Assembly: GCA_964360585.1 (NCBI GenBank)
Contig: CAYHXC010000001.1
Coordinates: 21,907-85,906 of the forward strand
Length of the DNA stretch: 64,000 nucleotides
Direction: 5' to 3'
Origin: an uncultured Candidatus Saccharibacteria bacterium
Lineage (GTDB): Bacteria > Patescibacteriota > Minisyncoccia > UBA6257 > 2-01-FULL-56-20
Shown here: positions 35,089-44,599 of the stretch, one piece after another
Position numbering within the stretch: the stretch's first letter is position 1
How the letters are laid out: each line of letters starts with the position of its first letter
Position numbers and translations under genes: made by a program
Notes under the pieces: generated by a model
Seen by the model: the letters and a program-made list of their open reading frames with translations, nothing else
What the model was told of the DNA's origin: nothing
The model's database searches: none

Positions 35089-35454
35089 TTAGTTGACCGT
35101 GATAATAGCTTGAAACACGGTAAAAAGCAAGATAGATAAGCCGAGTGTGACAGCGGCAACAAACTTTCCCCAAAACCAATCCCGATATTCGAGCTCAAGC
35201 GCAATGGCATAGTTTATACCGACGACTACCCAACCAATAACGCCATAGCCAAGAACCTGGGCCAAAGTACCAAACTGATCTATGCCATCACGGGTGTAGT
35301 GAATAACAAGCGGTCCACTATGATCACGGAAAGTAGAAAAAAGAAGCGCCTGCCCGATAAGAATAATCAGAAACGCCAGGCCCGATACAATACTCACGAG
35401 TTGGCGCGCCTTAGCTCGGTCCCATATTTTTTTAAGTTGGATGCGCGCGTTCAT
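35089..35454 (-). CDS. Hypothetical membrane protein (3-4 TM helices)
   Basis: 121 aa, hydrophobic. Confidence 0.35.
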   Translation of the reverse strand: MNARIQLKKIWDRAKARQLVSIVSGLAFLIILIGQALLFSTFRDHSGPLVIHYTRDGIDQFGTLAQVLGYGVIGWVVVGINYAIALELEYRDWFWGKFVAAVTLGLSILLFTVFQAIITVN

Positions 35455-36443
35455 TTTGGACGGAGAAACGAAGCCACATAATCAGGGTCGATGGTATTGA
35501 TATCTACCCCAGTCGAAAGTTCAAATCCGGCCAAGATGGTGATCTTGGGAATGATTTCAATGTGCCAATGATAGTAGGGATAGCGATCTTGATGTTTCAG
35601 GGGGGCGGTATGAATGAAAAAGTTCAGATCCGGATCTCCTAAGCGTTTTGTAATTAATCCCAAGGTTTTCTGAAGCAGATGACTCACTTCACGCATCACC
35701 CCGCCCGGTGTTTTTTCAAAAAACGGCAGATGCTTCTTCGGGAAAAGACGGAGCTCGTAGGAAGTACGTGAAACATAAGGCGCGATAATAATCACATCCC
35801 GGGTTTCTAAAACGACCCGTTTTTTCACCTTCCGCTCGTAGGCCAGCATATCGCAGTGCACACATTTTTTATTTTTTCGATAGTACCGCTCCGAACCGTT
35901 CAAGGAGTGCTGAACATCCGGGGGCACAATCGGCAGGGCCAGGATCTGGTAGTGGGGATGATAGAGCGAGGCTCCGGCCTTGGCTCCCCAGTTATAAAAA
36001 GTGGAAGCGTAGGTAATGCAAGGATCGGCGGCCAGTTCTTCGTATCGTTTTTTCATGACGGCCAAAACCTCGGTGGCATGCTCGGGAGAAAGTTCAGCGA
36101 AGTTTTTGAAGTGATCGCGGGTAATGACGAGATCGTGATGGCCAACACCGGTGCGCGAAAGGTATGGACCGCTGGCGATCGCTTCCGAACACCGCTCGAT
36201 ATGGGTTAGGGCGGGAAAACGATTCGGCACGATAACCACCCGCCAGTTTTCCTGACTCGGATAGCTCAAAAGCGGCGGCCAGTTTGGCGCGGCGATTAAG
36301 AGTTTTGGCTCAAAGGGACAGTTCGTTTTGGGAACACGTTTCCGCTTCTCTATCGCTTTTTTAAAACTTGATGGCCGAGATGATCGCTCCGGCGCCATCA
36401 CAATCCAGTCGCCAGAAACGGGATCTTGTCGAAATTCAGACAT
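35451..36443 (-). CDS. galT: Galactose-1-phosphate uridylyltransferase-like HIT-superfamily nucleotidyltransferase
   Basis: 330 aa, CPFEP, HPHYQILALP (HxHxQ HIT-like motif), and CVHCDM zinc motif resemble GalT / ADP-glucose phosphorylase. Confidence 0.6.
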   Translation of the reverse strand: MSEFRQDPVSGDWIVMAPERSSRPSSFKKAIEKRKRVPKTNCPFEPKLLIAAPNWPPLLSYPSQENWRVVIVPNRFPALTHIERCSEAIASGPYLSRTGVGHHDLVITRDHFKNFAELSPEHATEVLAVMKKRYEELAADPCITYASTFYNWGAKAGASLYHPHYQILALPIVPPDVQHSLNGSERYYRKNKKCVHCDMLAYERKVKKRVVLETRDVIIIAPYVSRTSYELRLFPKKHLPFFEKTPGGVMREVSHLLQKTLGLITKRLGDPDLNFFIHTAPLKHQDRYPYYHWHIEIIPKITILAGFELSTGVDINTIDPDYVASFLRPK

Positions 36444-36445
36444 AC

Positions 36446-36478
36446 AAATAGTGTATAGGGTTTAGGGCTTAGGGGCTA
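36446..36478. repeat. G-rich TAGGG(T/C/G) repeats abutting the galT-like start codon
   Basis: tagggtttagggcttaggggctagggc begins 3 nt from the ATG at 36443. Confidence 0.5.
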
Positions 36479-36520
36479 GGGCAGTAGCTAGTAGTTAGGA
36501 TCTAGGAGCTATATAATCAA

Positions 36521-36802
36521 GTGGTGGCTCTAAAAATTATTATTAAGGATATCGGAATAGCCATACTTATTTTCGTTATTGTCGGTGGTATTGTTTTGCG
36601 GAAGCTCGATCTTCTGCATTATTCTTCGAATTGGTGCGACTATGAACATCCTGTCGAACGTGAGGTTCCGTGCGGACAAGCCATCTTTATTGGCAGTCTT
36701 CTAGTAGAGAAACCGATCGTTTTTATTCCCACTTATGCGAAACCAGAATATATTGATGAGATGGGGCCTCCCCCAGTAATTTGCTCCGATGATAGCTGCT
36801 GA
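36521..36802 (+). CDS. Hypothetical small membrane/secreted protein
   Basis: 93 aa, one TM helix, 4 Cys. Confidence 0.3.
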   Translation: MVALKIIIKDIGIAILIFVIVGGIVLRKLDLLHYSSNWCDYEHPVEREVPCGQAIFIGSLLVEKPIVFIPTYAKPEYIDEMGPPPVICSDDSC

Positions 36803-36870
36803 CCGTCAACGAATGTGCGGCCCTTATTTTTTTTCGTTGAGCTCGCCGTGTCCTTGCCTTCATCCTCCTA

Positions 36871-37032
36871 GAACCCATCTCAAAAATAGAATCACGCAGT
36901 CTTCCGGCTAGATTCGGCTATAAACCCACCCGACCCTCCTTGAAATACCATAGGGTATTCCTGTCTCGGGTCGGATGGTTCTCGCTCGAATCTATCACGG
37001 AATACCCCTGTGCCTATTTTTGAGATGGGTTC
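36871..37032. mobile_element. MITE-like element, family B (162 bp; TIR GAACCCATCTCAAAAATA / TATTTTTGAGATGGGTTC)
   Basis: 18-bp perfect terminal inverted repeats. A second, inverted copy at 58429-58589 is about 95% identical over its full length. Confidence 0.55.
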
Positions 37033-38921
37033 TAACTTTTTTTAGAAAGTTGGGAAGATAAACGGTGCAAGTAGTACCACTCGAAAATATCTTTAGCGAT
37101 CGGGACGGCGTTCAAGCTCCCCTGTTTGGCGTTTTCAACTAAAACCAAAATTGCTAATTCAGGCTTGTCCGTTGGCGCATAGCCAACGAAGAAAGCATTT
37201 TCCACAGTGTTATTTTGCGTCTGGGCCGTTCCCGTCTTGGCCGCAATCGTCATCGGTAAACCGGAAAGCAGATGGCTTGTTCCCAAAGTAGATTGTACAC
37301 CCAACTCCATCCCTTTTTGTGCATACCGAATCTCCGGGGCTAGATGGGTGAGATCACGAGTTACTTCTGGTTTTTGGAGGTCAGCAGCAAGATAGGGCTG
37401 ATAGAGCGTCCCGCCATTCGCGATAACCGAAATATAGTTCAAAATCTGAAGTGGTGTCACCTGCAAGTCTCCTTGACCGATACTCACGTTGTACGTATCT
37501 CCCAAGAGCCACGGCCGCTTTCTTCGTTTCTCGGCTTCTTCAAGATTTGGAAGGCGTCCTGTCCCCTCGCCGGCAATATCAATCCCGCTCTCCCGACCCA
37601 TCCCGAACATGTCCCACCAGGCGAGAAGACGGGTAATGCCAAGTCCTTGAATGTCGCCGAAGCCGCCGCCGACTTCGTAAAAATAAACGTTACTCGACTG
37701 GGCAATGGCGGACATGACATTCACGTAGCCCTGCGGCCGCCAGTCTAAAAACCGGGTTGGTTTTGATGGGTCGAATCGGTTCGGCACATCGAGATAGCCG
37801 GGAGAGTAGATGGAACGGTCGGGCGTGATTACTTTTTCTTTCAAGGCAGCCACCGCGACCAAAGGTTTGATCGTCGAACCGGGACTATAAAAACCGGAAA
37901 CAATGCGGTTAAAAAACGGATGGAGCGGCGCGGTTAAAATTTTTTGTTTCTCCTCATTTTTCCCCGGCGAAGAAAGAATAGTGTTGTCGTAGCTGGGAAG
38001 ACTGATCATGGCCAGTATTTCGCCGGTCTGTGGATTCATGGCCAAACCAGCGCCCGACTCTCTCCCTAAGGAAGCGAGGCCTTGCGTCAGGCGGTTATAA
38101 AAATACTTCTGCAGTCCGCTATCAATCGTGAGGCGGAGCGCATTCCCGGAAACTGGTTCGACAGACTCGGCCTGGTTCAAGGCCACACCCTTGGCGTTCC
38201 GACGCTCGGCCGTGTAACCATTTATTCCGCGAAGCGCGTCATCATAGTAGGCCTCGATACCCGCCTTTCCGACAATAAGCTCGTTTTTGAGCTTCGGATT
38301 TCTCGCGAGACTGGCCGCATCAATTCGTCCGGTGTATCCAAGGACGGTGGCGAACTGGGGACCGTCTTTATAGTCACGCGTAAATCCTGGTCGAACAGTC
38401 ACTGGGAGATCGGTCTGCGATTGGAAGGCCACAATTTGCGCCTCATCCAGTCCTTCGCTGATCAAAATCTCATCTTTTTCTCGCGCCACACCTTCCAGAA
38501 TTTCTTCTTCTAAAGTATCCGGGGTAACTTTCAAAATATCAGAAACTCGCCTCATGATCGTTATGCGGTTGGTTGATGAAGCGATAAATTCCTTGAGGCG
38601 CAGGAAGGCCAGGAAACTTGGTTGATTGTCGGCCAAGACCACGCCGTTCCGATCAGTAATCACACCGCGCGGCGCCGGATCAATCTTTCGCGCTTCAAGG
38701 TTGGCAATGGCTCTCGTTCTATATTCAGCATACGAAAATGGCCCTAAAATCAGCATCCGCACGAAGATAATAGAGACCAAGAGGCTGGCCGAAAGACCGA
38801 CAATCTGGAAAACGTGGCTCTTGATCGGCATTTCGGCAATCTCCAAACTGTTCACCAATTCGTCCGCGGATAATCCTTCAAAGGAAAAATCGAATTCTTT
38901 TTCCTGGGAATGATTCTTCAT
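37032..38921 (-). CDS. mrdA: Penicillin-binding protein 2 / peptidoglycan D,D-transpeptidase
   Basis: 629 aa, N-terminal TM, dimerisation domain, transpeptidase motifs STIKP and KTGTA. Lies immediately downstream of mreBCD. Confidence 0.8.
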   Translation of the reverse strand: MKNHSQEKEFDFSFEGLSADELVNSLEIAEMPIKSHVFQIVGLSASLLVSIIFVRMLILGPFSYAEYRTRAIANLEARKIDPAPRGVITDRNGVVLADNQPSFLAFLRLKEFIASSTNRITIMRRVSDILKVTPDTLEEEILEGVAREKDEILISEGLDEAQIVAFQSQTDLPVTVRPGFTRDYKDGPQFATVLGYTGRIDAASLARNPKLKNELIVGKAGIEAYYDDALRGINGYTAERRNAKGVALNQAESVEPVSGNALRLTIDSGLQKYFYNRLTQGLASLGRESGAGLAMNPQTGEILAMISLPSYDNTILSSPGKNEEKQKILTAPLHPFFNRIVSGFYSPGSTIKPLVAVAALKEKVITPDRSIYSPGYLDVPNRFDPSKPTRFLDWRPQGYVNVMSAIAQSSNVYFYEVGGGFGDIQGLGITRLLAWWDMFGMGRESGIDIAGEGTGRLPNLEEAEKRRKRPWLLGDTYNVSIGQGDLQVTPLQILNYISVIANGGTLYQPYLAADLQKPEVTRDLTHLAPEIRYAQKGMELGVQSTLGTSHLLSGLPMTIAAKTGTAQTQNNTVENAFFVGYAPTDKPELAILVLVENAKQGSLNAVPIAKDIFEWYYLHRLSSQLSKKS

Positions 38922-39367
38922 AGGCGGGATGATTCAAGATACGACAAAATAAGTGTTGGCAAAAAGCTGATGAGACAGCTCATGAGAATAATCTCAAATA
39001 AAAACAGGGGTTGGAAAAGAAAAATCGAACCAACGGTTTCAAGATAGAAAATGATGATTCCCAAAGCACTAAAAACCGGCGCCAAAACTGGCGAAGGACC
39101 GAAAACGAATAATCGCAAGAAATGGGCAAAAACGATGATAACCAAAGCGACCAATAACTCTTGGGACGCGACCGGTCCTGCCAGAAATAAAAACCCAAGC
39201 AAGGTATAGAAAATGAGCTCTAGTCCCGGGATGACTGCTCCCAAACCGATCAATCCGGGAATAAGGAGGTTGGGCGTGTTTCCTGACCAAAGTCGAGTCT
39301 TGGACTCGAGAACGGCCAGAAGAATTATAAAAAGCGAGAGGGTGATCTCTTTCCGTATCGTGAGCAT
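38918..39367 (-). CDS. mreD: Rod shape-determining protein MreD-like membrane protein
   Basis: 149-aa polytopic membrane protein in the mreB-mreC-(mreD)-pbp2 position. Confidence 0.5.
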   Translation of the reverse strand: MLTIRKEITLSLFIILLAVLESKTRLWSGNTPNLLIPGLIGLGAVIPGLELIFYTLLGFLFLAGPVASQELLVALVIIVFAHFLRLFVFGPSPVLAPVFSALGIIIFYLETVGSIFLFQPLFLFEIILMSCLISFLPTLILSYLESSRL

Positions 39368-39385
39368 GCGAATAGTCGAATTATT

Positions 39386-40069
39386 CTAGTTGACTTCCAC
39401 GGCCACTGCAACCAGCCTGCTTACGTCGTAGGGCAACTCCAGTCCCGCTTCTTTAAAAAGTTTATCCGAAGACGGCCGGATATCCTTCACGCGGCCAAGC
39501 ATGATGCCATAGGGAAAATCCGAAGCGGTACCCAAAACGACATCGCCCGGCGAGAGTTTTGCGTCTTTAGGAATGAGCGTGATTGTAGGGTTCAACCCGC
39601 CAACAATAAGACCGGAGATCTTTCCGCTGCCCATCTGAACGGCGCTTTTGAAACGATAGTCAAACAGTGTGTGGACGGAACTTTTCGTGAGGAAGGTGCT
39701 TGAAACACTGCCGACAAAAAATAATTTTTGCCCGCCGTCTTCGCCGCGAATGGGGACAACAACAACACTGCCTTCCCGCACGTGGTCGCGGATGCCTTTG
39801 TCGATGATCAGCTCGTGTTTGAAGTTAATGGGATAGCGAGAATAGACATTCGCGAGAACAGTGTTGAAGGGAGTCGCGGGAAGCGAAAAGATCGCGCTCT
39901 TTTTAACCAGTTCGGCGCGGAGATAGCTATTTTCGGCGCGAAGCAACTCGAGATCACTTGGCTCAGCAGTGCTTTGTCGAGACAAACGCCACAAAAAATC
40001 AGGCGACCAAAGAATACTAACAATGAAGATTAGAAGTAGCGTCGGGAGCACCCAGCCGGACCGCCTCAT
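39386..40069 (-). CDS. mreC: Rod shape-determining protein MreC
   Basis: 227 aa, N-terminal TM, coiled coil (LELLRAENSYLRAEL), beta-rich C-domain. Confidence 0.7.
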   Translation of the reverse strand: MRRSGWVLPTLLLIFIVSILWSPDFLWRLSRQSTAEPSDLELLRAENSYLRAELVKKSAIFSLPATPFNTVLANVYSRYPINFKHELIIDKGIRDHVREGSVVVVPIRGEDGGQKLFFVGSVSSTFLTKSSVHTLFDYRFKSAVQMGSGKISGLIVGGLNPTITLIPKDAKLSPGDVVLGTASDFPYGIMLGRVKDIRPSSDKLFKEAGLELPYDVSRLVAVAVEVN

Positions 40070-41130
40070 GAGATGCGAATTTCTAAGGCTTTTAAGGGGT
40101 TGTCGAAGAAGGGACGATTGCGATCAATGTCTTCAATCAGCTGGCCAAGACCGCGGGCAACGCAGAGAAGCGGATCCTCGACGACCGTGGTTTTGACAGA
40201 TGTTTCTTTTTCGATCAACTGATCGAGACCCCAGAGGAGAGCGCCGCCGCCGCAGAGATGGATCCCCCGTTCTAGAAGATCGCCCGCTAGTTCCGGCGGG
40301 GTGGACTCAACGACATCCTGCGTCGCATCAACAATTATTTTTAAAGAACGCTGGAGAGCAGTTCTGATCTGCGAACTTTTAATTATCACCTCTTTCGGGA
40401 GACCGCTTGCCGCATCCCGACCCTTGATGGCGATCTCGCCCGGTCCGCCGGGACGGTGTTCGCCGGGAATGGCCGAGCCGACCATAATCTTGGCCAGTTC
40501 CGCCGTTGGTTCGCCGATAATCAGTTTAAATTCCTCTCGAACATACCGGATAATATCCTCATTGAATTTATCGCCAGCGGTTTTGAGCGTTCGTGAAATA
40601 ACCGGACTCCCCATCGAAATAACGGCAATATCGGTCGTTCCTCCGCCAATATCGATAATCAAGCTGGCTGCTGGCGAGTGGATCGGCAGGTTGGCGCCAA
40701 GCGCGGCCGCAACCGGCGATTCAACGAGATAGACACGGGAACAACCGGCATTTAAGGCCGCATCCTCAACAGATTTTCGCTCAACTTCCGTTAAACCGTC
40801 GGGAATAGCGAGAACGGCGCGACGAAAACCGAATAGCGAGCTGGAACCAAGATGTTTGAAAAAATGGCGAAGCAGTTCCTGGGTCATCTCAAAGTCGGCG
40901 ATCACGCCGCTCACGAGCGGCCGAATGACTTCGATATGCGCCGGCGTTCGCGCCAGCATTTTTTTTGCTTCGTCTCCCACCGCCATCATGCGATTTGTTT
41001 TTCGGTTGATTGCCGTGACTGACGGTTCGTTCACCACCACTCCCTTTTGCTTGCCGTAAATAACAACATTGGCTGTGCCAAGATCAATGCCAATATCCGT
41101 AAAAAAGTAATTAAGAAAATTCCAAGGCAT
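40066..41130 (-). CDS. mreB: Rod shape-determining protein MreB (actin homolog)
   Basis: 354 aa, GIDLGTANVVIY phosphate-1 motif and the rest of the actin fold. Confidence 0.9.
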   Translation of the reverse strand: MPWNFLNYFFTDIGIDLGTANVVIYGKQKGVVVNEPSVTAINRKTNRMMAVGDEAKKMLARTPAHIEVIRPLVSGVIADFEMTQELLRHFFKHLGSSSLFGFRRAVLAIPDGLTEVERKSVEDAALNAGCSRVYLVESPVAAALGANLPIHSPAASLIIDIGGGTTDIAVISMGSPVISRTLKTAGDKFNEDIIRYVREEFKLIIGEPTAELAKIMVGSAIPGEHRPGGPGEIAIKGRDAASGLPKEVIIKSSQIRTALQRSLKIIVDATQDVVESTPPELAGDLLERGIHLCGGGALLWGLDQLIEKETSVKTTVVEDPLLCVARGLGQLIEDIDRNRPFFDNPLKALEIRIS

Positions 41131-41154
41131 AAAAATAGAAATGGGAGAAACCGC

Positions 41155-42378
41155 TTACTCGGCTATCATATTCCGAGCATCTTCCAAAGACAAAACGTGA
41201 ACCTCTTCTTCTCCGCGCCGCTTCAGCTCAACCTGCGATCCCAATTTTGGGCTGACCACCATTCGCCAGGGAATACCGATCAGATCCGCATCGGCAAATT
41301 TTTCTCCGGCGCCAACCGCTCTGTCGTCATAGAGTACTCGAATGCCGGCCGCTTGTAAATTCTCATAGATCTCGTCCCCCGAGGCCTCGCCCAGAGAAAG
41401 CAGATGCACCTGGAATGGCGCTACGGCCTTCGGCCAGGTCAGGCCCTTTTCATCATGAAATACCTCGGCCAGGACGCCCATAAGGCGGGAGATGCCAATG
41501 CCATAACAGCCCATGATCACCTCCCGCTCCGTGCCATCCTTATCTTTATACAATAGCTCAAATGGCGACGAGTACTTGGTTTTGAGCTTGAAGATGTTTC
41601 CCACCTCGGCGCCAACTGACTCTTTAAGATCGCTCGAACCACAGTTTGGACAGGTTGACTGTTCCTCAATAATTTCCTTATTAATGGCGACCCGGCAGTT
41701 GTTACATATATAGATCGTGTCCTCACCGGACTCGGTCAGTGTCTGAAATTCGTGCGAGTATTTGGCAAAGGTACCGCCGGAAGCAAAAGTAAAATATGTT
41801 TTCTCGCCAATTCCTAAACGATCATAAATGCGAACATAGGCCTCGCGAACGGTTTCGTAATAACGATCGAGATCCGCCTCGTCAGCGTGAAAGGAGTAGA
41901 GATCCTTCATTAAAAATTCCCGACCGCGCAACAAACCGGACTTGGCTCGTTTTTCATCACGGAATTTTGTCTGAATTTGAAAAACGCATTTCGGCAGATC
42001 CTGGTACGAAAGAATACTCCGCTTCGCGAGCGGCGAGACAATCTCTTCGTGCGTTGGACCAAGGGCGTACTCATTTTGGGAGTAGTGGCTCATAAAACGG
42101 AAAAGCGTGTCGTATGTTTTCCAACGATCAGTTGTTTCCCAGTTCTCTTTCGGCTGAAGAGCTGGCATCAGAATTTCTTCTCCGCCAATTTTCTGCATCT
42201 CTTCGCGAACTATGTTTTCGATATTTTTCAGCACGCGCAAACCGAGCGGTAAATAGGAATAGACACCGGCCATTAGCTTATCTACAAAACCAGCGCGGAT
42301 TAAAAGCTGAGCATTAACTGCCGCTTCATCCTTCGGAGCATTGCGTAATGTTTTTGAAAAAAGTTCAGATTGCCGCAT
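41155..42378 (-). CDS. proS: Prolyl-tRNA synthetase, short form lacking the editing insertion
   Basis: 407 aa, class II motifs (FRDE..R..GLLRGREFLMKD.YSF), a CxxC...CxxC zinc insertion, no INS domain. Confidence 0.75.
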   Translation of the reverse strand: MRQSELFSKTLRNAPKDEAAVNAQLLIRAGFVDKLMAGVYSYLPLGLRVLKNIENIVREEMQKIGGEEILMPALQPKENWETTDRWKTYDTLFRFMSHYSQNEYALGPTHEEIVSPLAKRSILSYQDLPKCVFQIQTKFRDEKRAKSGLLRGREFLMKDLYSFHADEADLDRYYETVREAYVRIYDRLGIGEKTYFTFASGGTFAKYSHEFQTLTESGEDTIYICNNCRVAINKEIIEEQSTCPNCGSSDLKESVGAEVGNIFKLKTKYSSPFELLYKDKDGTEREVIMGCYGIGISRLMGVLAEVFHDEKGLTWPKAVAPFQVHLLSLGEASGDEIYENLQAAGIRVLYDDRAVGAGEKFADADLIGIPWRMVVSPKLGSQVELKRRGEEEVHVLSLEDARNMIAE

Positions 42379-42475
42379 ACCGGGTAGTCGAAATTCGAAT
42401 AATTAATAAAATAGTTTTCACGCCATTCCAGGCAGGTTCTGGGATGAAAACCCTTTCGAATTTTCACTACCCGGC
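42378..42475. mobile_element. MITE-like element, family C copy (TIR CCGGGTAGTCGAAATTCGAA / TTCGAATTTTCACTACCCGG)
   Basis: 20-bp inverted repeats flank ~55 bp. One TIR abuts the proS start codon. Confidence 0.45.
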
Positions 42476-42605
42476 ATGCCTGTATTGGTACAAGCGTATC
42501 ACGCGTCCCATCGCTTGGCAAAATAGAAATATCCTCCTTCGCTCATAAGCTACGAAAGGATTATTTTTCTCGAAAAGAAGGGATAAAAAAAGTCGTCTAG
42601 TAAAA

Positions 42606-43403
42606 CTAGGCGACTCGAGAAGCGTATCCCCTGTAACCGGGGTGATCTTCTAAATACCTGAAATGTTCGAGCTGCTGACGGAGACTGTCTGTGACTCGTC
42701 CGCCGTTCACCCGCCGCTCCTTCCGCACTTTCTGACGAATGAATCGCCAGGTCAGATTTTTCAAGGTTTCTTGGGAATCGACGTCAACGATATCAACGTA
42801 CGGTTTCCCTACCGGATCATTCGGTCGGGCCACCTGAATGATCCCACTCAAGGCCCCTTCTGTCTGGACACTTCTCTTGTCACCACCAGCCTCAAGCCCG
42901 ACCCCAAGAAATGTGAGTATTCTCTCGGGGAATGGAAAATCTGACGTGGAAAGAAAGATTGCCCGAGCCGCTTCGAAAACGGCTGGACGGAGAAGATTTC
43001 CCTGCATTGCGTAATGAACGTTTCCATCCACTCCGGAGAGATCATTCTTCTCCCCAAAGCAACGGCTCCCGGTAAAGGTTTTTTTCAAGACCTCCCCGGA
43101 ACGCATCCGCTTTACGAAACCGAACTGACACACTTCGTGTCCTTTCGTGATACTCAAAAAGCGCTGATAGTTCACGGTTCGGAGAACTTCGATCATGGTT
43201 GCGGGAGTGAGTAGCTCTCCCATCATTTTCTGAGCTTGATCGAAAAGCCGGAGATCGAGCAACGCACTTGCTTGGACCGCCCCGGCACCAATCCCGGGAA
43301 CAACGAAGCAGGTTTTTCTGAGGTCAAACCCACCCACACAACTAACCAATCCCACACCCGCCTCTTTCGTCACTTCATCAAATACGCAAACAGATAACGT
43401 CAT
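42606..43403 (-). CDS. DUF1028-family (Ntn-hydrolase-fold) protein
   Basis: 265 aa. The N-terminus MTLSVCVFDEVTKEAGVGLVS resembles the MTFSIVARD...G.GVAV start of DUF1028 proteins. Confidence 0.45.
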   Translation of the reverse strand: MTLSVCVFDEVTKEAGVGLVSCVGGFDLRKTCFVVPGIGAGAVQASALLDLRLFDQAQKMMGELLTPATMIEVLRTVNYQRFLSITKGHEVCQFGFVKRMRSGEVLKKTFTGSRCFGEKNDLSGVDGNVHYAMQGNLLRPAVFEAARAIFLSTSDFPFPERILTFLGVGLEAGGDKRSVQTEGALSGIIQVARPNDPVGKPYVDIVDVDSQETLKNLTWRFIRQKVRKERRVNGGRVTDSLRQQLEHFRYLEDHPGYRGYASRVA

Positions 43404-43493
43404 TGAAATTCCTCCATATTCGGGATGTGAAACCTAGCGCTAGGCTATTTATAACGAAAAATCGTTACTACGTCAAACTGTAAAATTCACAAT

Positions 43494-44588
43494 CTAAAGA
43501 AGCAAAAACTTGTCCAAAAAGAAGATAACCAGGCCAAGCCCGCAAGCCAACGCCGAAATGATCCAAAACCGCATGGTGATCTGGGACTCCGGCCAGTCTA
43601 ATGCTTCAAAATGATGGTGGAGCGGCGCGGACTTGAATATCTTTCGGCCAAAAACCTTTTTACTCGTCATTTGCGCGAGTACCGAGAGCGATTCAAGAAC
43701 CGGAATAAACATAAAGAGCGGCAGGAGAAGCGTGGTGTCGGTCAACAGAGCAATAACGCCAAGCGTAATGCCGAGAGCCATGGAGCCGGTGTCGCCCATA
43801 AAAAATTTCGCCGGAAAAATATTGTGCCAGAGAAACGCCAAGAGACTGCCCATCATCACGCCGCCAAAAGCGGCCAAATGATACCGCCCAAGGACAAAAG
43901 CCACTGTGGTTAAAGCGCCGAAAGCAAAGAGTGAAACACCGCCGAGCAGTCCATCCAAACCGTCGGTTTCATTCGCGGAAAAAGCGGAAGCAATGATCAC
44001 AAAAATAAAGAGCGGAATGTACCACGGCCCGATCTCAAAACTGCCCATGAGCGGCACGGTAATCTGACTAATCTCTAAACGAACGTAAAACCACCAGGCG
44101 CCGATCAAAGCGATAAACATATACAGAACTAACTTATACCTGATCTTCACTCCCCCGCCGTTCGTACCGATATGAAGAACGCCTAAAATATCATCAACGA
44201 GACCCAAGAGGGCAGCGATGAGGAGCGTGGCCAAAGGCAAGTATGTTTCTCCACGATCGATAAAGTTAATGAATCCAAACTGGCGCGAGATGCCGCCGAA
44301 GAGAGCATCGAGAAGGGCGAAGAGAAGGGCGAGACCGATCACCGTGCCCCAGATAATCACACCACCCGCGGTCGGCGTACCGGTTTTTTTCTCATGGAAC
44401 TTGTGGAAAACAGGCGCGTTTTCCGCCGGACGGATCTGTTTTCCGATGTGATATTTCTGAAGTACCTGATACCAGAGTGGCGTAATAAAAAGCGTGACCA
44501 AAAAGGCGGTGGCCATAAGACCAATAATTCGAATTGACTGAAGAGGAATCAGGAGAGGCGAGATGCCGTTGAAGTTGATGGGATCCAT
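43494..44588 (-). CDS. mraY: Phospho-N-acetylmuramoyl-pentapeptide transferase
   Basis: 364 aa, polytopic, DDxxD-like and GDTGSMALG motifs of MraY. Confidence 0.85.
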   Translation of the reverse strand: MDPINFNGISPLLIPLQSIRIIGLMATAFLVTLFITPLWYQVLQKYHIGKQIRPAENAPVFHKFHEKKTGTPTAGGVIIWGTVIGLALLFALLDALFGGISRQFGFINFIDRGETYLPLATLLIAALLGLVDDILGVLHIGTNGGGVKIRYKLVLYMFIALIGAWWFYVRLEISQITVPLMGSFEIGPWYIPLFIFVIIASAFSANETDGLDGLLGGVSLFAFGALTTVAFVLGRYHLAAFGGVMMGSLLAFLWHNIFPAKFFMGDTGSMALGITLGVIALLTDTTLLLPLFMFIPVLESLSVLAQMTSKKVFGRKIFKSAPLHHHFEALDWPESQITMRFWIISALACGLGLVIFFLDKFLLL

Positions 44589-44599
44589 GGATCTAATGT

